64,000 nucleotides of DNA, from the NCBI GenBank assembly GCA_907165135.1, contig OU015568.1, positions 7,688,001 through 7,752,000 on the forward strand. Reading direction: 5' to 3'. This document shows positions 58,401-64,000 of the stretch, piece by piece; positions within the stretch are counted from its first letter, which is position 1; each line of letters starts with the position of its first letter. Position numbers and translations under genes: made by a program. Source of the stretch: Oikopleura dioica. Its lineage: Eukaryota > Animalia > Chordata. Below the pieces are notes generated by a model that saw nothing but the letters and a program-made list of their open reading frames with translations, had not been told where the DNA came from and searched no databases.

Positions 58401-60551
58401 TGTAGCCCTGGCAAAAATCGAGGTTGAGAAAGCTCAGTCTGAGCGAGAATATATGAAGTCACTAACGAGGCTGGCTTTTATAGAAGCAGCAGCTGAGATG
58501 GGTGGGACAGGTACATTTTAGCAATCTTGTTTGTTATTTGATAAAATCTAAAAAATCAGACAGAAAAGTAGAAAAAGATGATAAAAGATCAACGTGTGAT
58601 ATTTGCATGGAGCAATATGACAAGAGTAAACAATATGAATGTGTTCTCTACTGTGGTCATCGATTCTGCCGCAAATGTCTAACTGAACTTTCCCCGAAAA
58701 TTTGTCCAGTCTGTCGAAAAGAATTCACAAATGAACAGATCATCAAACTTCACTAAAGTCTGCTATTGACTCAGCCGTTCCTTGATCCAATAAATAAAGT
58801 TTTCTTTGCGATCCTCATTCTGCATGGGCTCCTGTATCGGTAAACCATTCCTATAAATAATTCATTCCAAGGAGAAAACCATTATCGCCAAAAAGAAGGA
58901 CCAAGAATTGAGTTCACTTTATCAGCAAACGAACCCTCCAAACTGAGATCCTGCCCAAATTCTTTATCTGTCAAGTTTCAATTCAAAAATTTCAGAAAAA
59001 GTAGAGCAAAAATGTGGGAAAATCCTCGAAAATTCCACGACGAGAATTCTCTTTCCACGTCAAGTTAGAGTTGGTACCTGTCTTTAATTTGTATAAATGC
59101 GGCTTTCTCATTGAAAGGGTTTGGGAGCAGCTCGTAGACGCCGTTTCGCGAATCGATTGGGGAACCAACATCGAGGTTCAGGAACATTGGCTTATCGTTA
59201 TCCTGAAAATCGTTTTGTTGGTTTTTGCGATGGTGTTCAGGGTTCGGGAACCTGTGAAGAAAACATGAGTCAGGATCTGAGCCAGAATAGAAAGGCAAAT
59301 TGTATGATAATTTTGCGAAGCCGCTATGCGGCTTCGTTTAAGAAAAAGCCGCTACGCGGCTTTTCATTAGAGATCTTTCAGTTCCTGAGTCAGGTTTTCT
59401 ACACAGGTTGCCGAGCCCAGCTTATTCTGAGAAAAAAAATTTTTGACGAGAAATATTTTGATGGTGAGAAAGGATGTTTAATACCTGGATGCAAAAGTGC
59501 TTTTTCTTCGCGGGAACCCACGAATTCTTCGAGCCTCGAAATCCTTTGTACTTGCACACATGCCAATTTTTGGCTTCTGTAGAACGCTTTTCAACTTGTT
59601 TTACTAGACTTCCCGCTACCTCTTGAGGTGCTTCAAGAGGTGTCTTTTTCCACATTCGAAAAAGCGATTCCTGTAGGTATCATGGTCGGGTCGGCGGAGT
59701 AGAAAGCACCGACAGGTTTTCCACGTTCTGGGCCAATCATCCAAACAAAATTCTTGTCGCTGCTTTTTGAGGGCCCTTATTGGAAAACGACGAGTTTTCT
59801 CGCCTCCAATTATTGTTCCTGCGGAGCCCGGTGCCTGGCTACGTACTGCACGAAATTCTGGCACTTCTTGTTCGCCGCCATGTACAACGGCTTATTGTGT
59901 TCCACACACCAGCGCATCTTAATTTTTTCGGTCAGCTGGGGTTCAGGTTTCTAATCTCGTGTTGCCGACGTATGTAAGAGTTGATAAATAGATTCTTGTT
60001 AAATTTCAAGGACATAATTGTAGCGAAAATTACAGAACCATTTCTGATAGGAAATATACTAGAACCACTACATGGGATACAGTATTGTCTCGGCTGAAAT
60101 CTGATCTGGAAAATAAACTAGAATTACTACAGAAAATCGAGAAGCCGCTCGCGGCTTCGAGTAATAGAGAACTCAAGCCGCGCGAAGCGCGGCTTTCTCG
60201 TCTTCTTTTGCTCGAAGCCGCAAGCGGCTTTTCGATTTTTTGAAGTAATTCTAGCTCATTTTCCAGATTAGATTTACAGCCGAGACAACACTGTATCCCG
60301 TCAATTACCGAATGTGCAAAAACATCCGCTTCTTTATTTTGTCCCTTGTTTGGAAATGGCCCGGAAATTACCTGATTGATTTGTACATAAATCGGTTTGC
60401 CATTCAGCATCTCATCTTCTCGCTCGTAAACTCCTCCGTATTCCTGCTGAGGATAAGTGCCAACCAAAACTTCGATTCGTTTAGGTGTATCTGAGAGCTT
60501 TTCTCTGGGCTCTGGAAGTTTCATTTTAAGGTTATCCGACGCGATAAACAA
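55410..60551 (-). CDS. Multi-exon protein with about 4 W/G/Y-rich repeats (GxY..NG[KR]xxY/W..[VI]WxI..P..W); ends not resolved
   Basis: Hand-spliced exons give GVYEREDEMLNGKPIYVQ..FVWMIGPERGKPVGAFYSADPTMIP; NGVYELLPNPFNEKAAFIQ..YVWMIGPT..GGFYSEDDCLNPALCTNW; KYEWIIQRGW..RWPTKISEFRWK; and GNYEIGSALFNGRYYWRRE..YLHWS..YVWSLSDKLG..SYDDAWTPKDIINW. Confidence 0.7.
56337..56542. mobile_element. MITE family A copy
   Basis: Arms and hairpins, within an intron of the repeat-protein gene. Confidence 0.82.
57932..58756 (+). CDS. Nested antisense gene: Cys-rich segment, coiled coil and C-terminal RING-HC finger (contains a frameshift)
   Basis: STCDICMEQYDKSKQYECVLYCGHRFCRKCLTELSPKICPVCRKEF (C3HC4). The upstream coiled-coil exon splices via GT-AG intron 58502-58559. 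The reading frame breaks at the A6 run 58352-58357. The start position is uncertain. Confidence 0.72.
59238..59420. mobile_element. MITE family A copy
   Basis: CAGGGTTCGGGAACC...GGTTGCCGAGCCCAG termini. Confidence 0.85.
60080..60293. mobile_element. MITE family B, longest copy, Tc1/mariner-like ends
   Basis: Arms CAGT(A/G)TTGTCTCGGCTG(T)AAATCT.ATCTGGAAAAT extend to the GAGAAGCCGC hairpin core; TA on both sides (60078-79, 60294-95). Confidence 0.8.
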
Positions 60552-61365
60552 TTTGCTTTATTTCTGTCATTCTTTTTTGAATGTTTGAATCGAGCTTTCC
60601 TTCTAAATCGATTGGAATAACCCGATTCCAATTTGAAATCAACCGTTAATTGGCGTCATTATCGTAACAATAAGTCTCCAGAGGCCATTTTTGGAGCTTT
60701 GGTCAAATGTCATTGAAGTTCAAAATAGAGCCCAGCCCTGTATTGTGCTGATGATGCTGGTTGAAAAATTGTTTGACCTATTTTTGCCACAAAAAATTAC
60801 ATGAAAAAATGACACATCGGTCCTAGTTTTTGCGGTTTTTAAAATCCTATAATTCGAAATTGAGCATAAAATTTATTCTAGCTGAAAAAACTCGACTCTG
60901 TGGTAATAAAAATTCATAATTACGCCTTGTAAAGCCACTTTATGAAAAGAAAAAGCTTTTCAACCTCACCCACCAGGCATTTTCTTTCTCTTTACATGCG
61001 TCTTCTTGAAGCTCGAAATCTCTTTCTTTTTTAGCTGCTCGGTGAAAAATAATCGAGTTACCCAGCGGGCTAATCAGCCAAAATTTATTTTACTACTCGT
61101 CTGGATAATCGCCGCCTCGTTTTTGTTTTTCCCCGCGGAACAAAGACTATAAAAAAGGATTCTTTTCTATTTTTTCGCTAAGCTGCTGCAGATGGAGAAT
61201 TCGCAGGGGCGATTTATTTTTTAAAAGAGGAAGGTTTATTCAGTGTTGATATTGAAATGAATATTTAAGGGACGGCATGGACATTGTGTCACACAGCTGA
61301 CAAAAATTGGAAAGTCTGATTTCGAGTGCGCAGAATACTATGCACCTGCTCTTTTTGGTACAGGG

Positions 61366-61610
61366 CTGGGCGCGGCAACCTGTGTAGAAAACCTGAGTCA
61401 GGTTCTGAAGAGCTAAAATTAAAAGCCGCGTAGCGGCTTTTTTAATAAACGAAGCCGCTTTGCGTCTTCCCATCACAATCATTCTTATCTATTTTAAAAT
61501 ATTGTCGAAGCCGCTTTGCGGCTTTAGTTTAAAAAAAAACCGCTACGCGGCTTTTCATTTTAGCTCTTCAGAACCTAACTATGGTTTTCAACAACATGTT
61601 TTTGGAATAG
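61366..61610. mobile_element. MITE family A copy
   Basis: CTGGGCGCGGCAACCTGTGTAGAAAACCTGAGTCAGG left arm, hairpins and a degenerate right arm. Confidence 0.83.
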
Positions 61611-61685
61611 GGAATAAGTGGAATTACAGAACGTAGAATTATAGAAAATATATAAAAAAAATATGCCACACTGTCAATAATCGGT

Positions 61686-62170
61686 TTACGTTGTGCAATA
61701 GAATGACCGAAGTATGGTATATTCCTTTTCGAAACGATTCTTCATAAGCTTCTGCAAACGCTCATGAGCCCGTCCAATATTCTTACACTTCTTGCCGGAC
61801 AATTTTCGTTTTCCCAGTTTCTTCATTTTTCGTAGCCTCATCTCCACATTCATATTCCAATTCTCAACCACGGTACAACGATTTTTCTCATCCCTAAAGC
61901 AATTTAATTTGTTCCAATAAATAGTCATTATTACCGAAATAATGTAAAGCCAGGTTTTAGGCAATTTTTATTGTCATTTAATTTTTTGTGAATCTTATCA
62001 AATCTGAGAATAAGTCTCAGAAACTTCGCCAGCGCGTCCTTTTCTTCAGGTGAACGGTCGGTTGATGTTTTTGCGTCATTTAACATTTCCAAGATTAAAA
62101 GTCTGGATTCTTCAAATTGAGATTTTCCGGCATTCACTATAAAAATCAAGGCGAGGAGAAAGGTGCGCAT
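61686..62170 (-). CDS. Small secreted basic helical protein (~147 aa, 2 exons)
   Basis: Signal peptide MRTFLLALIFIVNAG. A 41-nt GT-AG intron joins ORFs 61931-62248 and 61686-61964 in frame (..GFTLFR|DEKNRC..). Four Cys and a K/R-rich C-terminal half. Confidence 0.7.
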
Positions 62171-63746
62171 CAATATTTTAAATTTCAAATTATATATTTC
62201 TCGTTTGAACTTCGTTCTTAGTTTTGCGGTATATATATAGAGTAACACTCGGATTTAAAGAAGCTCTTGGATTTGAACTGTTTCTTTGCCTGTAATTGAG
62301 AAGCGCAACTGATTTCATTCTCTAATCAGGTTTAGAAATAGTTTCATGGCGCCTATCCTCAATTTTGAATTTTGAGAAGTCACCCTCCCCTTGATCAAAT
62401 CTATCCAAGTACCAGTTCATCTTCTATGCATCTGCAATTCCAGCTCATTTCATTGTTGTGAGAAAACGGACCCCGCCCCGTGATAAGCTCGGCGGGGGAC
62501 GATTCTTTCTGTACGCAGTGGAAAGTCGTTCCACGCTGTCCGTTGTAAAAGATCGGATGCGATCGGCGCTTTATCAGTTTTCTCTTCGGGGCTTATCAAC
62601 GCGGCCCCTACGTAACAGAAACGAGATTACTAAAATTGCCAAATTAATTGGCGCTTTTCGACGAAAAATTATAAAACGCGATACTATCGTTGATGCCGAT
62701 AAGCATTAACTTGAAAATTATTTCATTTCTTAAAAAAAAAGTCAACGTTAGTTCATCATCACTAGAATAATATGATTAATTCTCGAAGATATCAGAAATT
62801 ATATGCGTAATTCAAAAACAGCCCATTCCTTTTCTGATATACTAGAATTCTTTTTATAGAATTTCAAGGGCTGTTGAGAGCTTTTTTCTATGAGTTATAG
62901 AAAACAGAAGCAACTGGAGGGTAAGTTTCACGTTTAGCTGTCACGAGCTGCTTTGTCCTTCACAAGTACTCATTTGACAATTCTGTTCGTTCCTCTTTTT
63001 CTACCTGCCGTTCTTGACGCTAAGCATCCGCCATTTCACATTTTTTCGTCCCCAAGCTGTCTCGTTTACCTCCTTCAATCACGATTTCTTTTCGCCTTTT
63101 CATTTTAAAATTTTGGATGTTTTTTTCAGGAAAAAGTTAGAACGTTTTCTGTGGTTTATTCTTTGGGCTCGCCTTCGATAACGCCTCTCGCCCCCGGATT
63201 CCTGGTCTTCCGGATCGGATGCATGCCAGAATAACATGCTCTTTCATTACTGCAACGCATAAAAAACATACTAAGGAGTTACAAAATTTTTATAAAGAAA
63301 ACTAAAGTTCACGAGAGCCCACTCGAAGCTGATGAATTGCAAGGGTCCATGCTGGCAAATTCAAATTACTCAACAAGTCATGCTAGTTGTCCGCAGAAAC
63401 AGAGTGTGCACCTCTGTCAAATTCCAGGATCCAAACGAAACGTTCAGCGAAAAAATCAGACGTGTAGCAACTTCATCTTCACTTGGGATTCGAGCTGTAA
63501 TTAGATAAACTCGCAGTTAGATGTTTACAAATCGCAGGACTTATTTTTACATGAGTACAGTTGACCTTTTAGTGAAGTCTTGCTGAGCTTCAATCTTCGT
63601 CAAAAAGTCTCTAGATGAAATTTGTTAATCACTATCGAATCTTTCGAGAACAATTTTAACAAAACAACGCGACAAAGCTACAACCGTTCTTTACGTTTTT
63701 TGCAAAAAAAGAGAAATTGTTAGTGTCGATTGATTCTGTTTTCACG

Positions 63747-64000
63747 ATGGATGAAGAAGTGATCGACTTGCTCGAAGATTTTTCCGATCGAGAGTTCGAC
63801 GAAGAAGAGCAGGAAGACGAAGAGCCGGAACTTGATGAAGCTGATCTTCAGGAGATCGATGAAATGGACGAACCCGAACAAGAAGAGTATGAGCCAGAGC
63901 CATACGTTCCTCCAAAACCAGCGGGAAAGATACCACTCAGCTCAGCAGATCTTCTCGCTAGTCCTGAGAGACCAAAGAGAAAAATTCCGACGAATTCGGC
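63747..64000 (+). CDS. 5' end of a protein with a highly acidic N-terminus (runs off the window)
   Basis: Open frame MDEEVIDLLEDFSDREFDEEEQEDEEPELDEADLQEIDEMDEPEQEEYEPEPYVPPKP...SPERPKRKIP with no stop before the window end. Confidence 0.65.
   Translation, partial: MDEEVIDLLEDFSDREFDEEEQEDEEPELDEADLQEIDEMDEPEQEEYEPEPYVPPKPAGKIPLSSADLLASPERPKRKIPTNS

Noticed and set aside
12298-61482. Many 60-100 aa ORFs with KSRxAAF/KPLRGF/PDSGF motifs (e.g. 12298, 15176, 20713, 20846, 34229, 34290, 47880, 52474, 59121, 61240)
   Set aside because: They are translations of the family A or B palindromes, not a protein family. There is no transposase or consistent gene structure.
1-64000. tRNA, rRNA, snRNA genes and autonomous transposase or reverse transcriptase ORFs
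   Set aside because: By eye I found no cloverleaf with A/B boxes, no rRNA-like sequence, and no DDE, RT or integrase motifs. tRNAscan-SE or Infernal would be needed to exclude small RNAs.

Overview
Eukaryotic genomic DNA, most likely the larvacean tunicate Oikopleura dioica or a close relative. This is inferred from the very compact genes, 37-75 nt introns, GA/GG/GC 5' splice donors, chordate-type GALNS and CFAP210 orthologues, and abundant small foldback transposons; I could not run a search to confirm it. All gene models were spliced by hand from the sequence. Bases 1-11.3 kb are a dense gene block: PIM-like kinase, tandem-SH3 protein, secreted EGF/TSP1 protein, small secreted acidic peptide, CFAP210 and GALNS. 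From about 11.5 kb the genes have expanded introns full of non-autonomous DNA transposons: a DNase I-family nuclease with an unusual N-terminal extension, a GT10 alpha-1,3-fucosyltransferase (~13 kb), a secreted Cys-rich/Kelch-like protein, a laccase-type multicopper oxidase (~11 kb), a W/G/Y-rich repeat protein hosting an antisense nested RING gene, a small secreted basic protein, and the start of an acidic protein. About 25 copies of one hAT-type MITE (family A, 8-bp TSDs, nested GCCGC hairpins) and several other MITE families are present. I found no transposase, tRNA, rRNA or CRISPR array. Repeat coordinates without a TSD are approximate.
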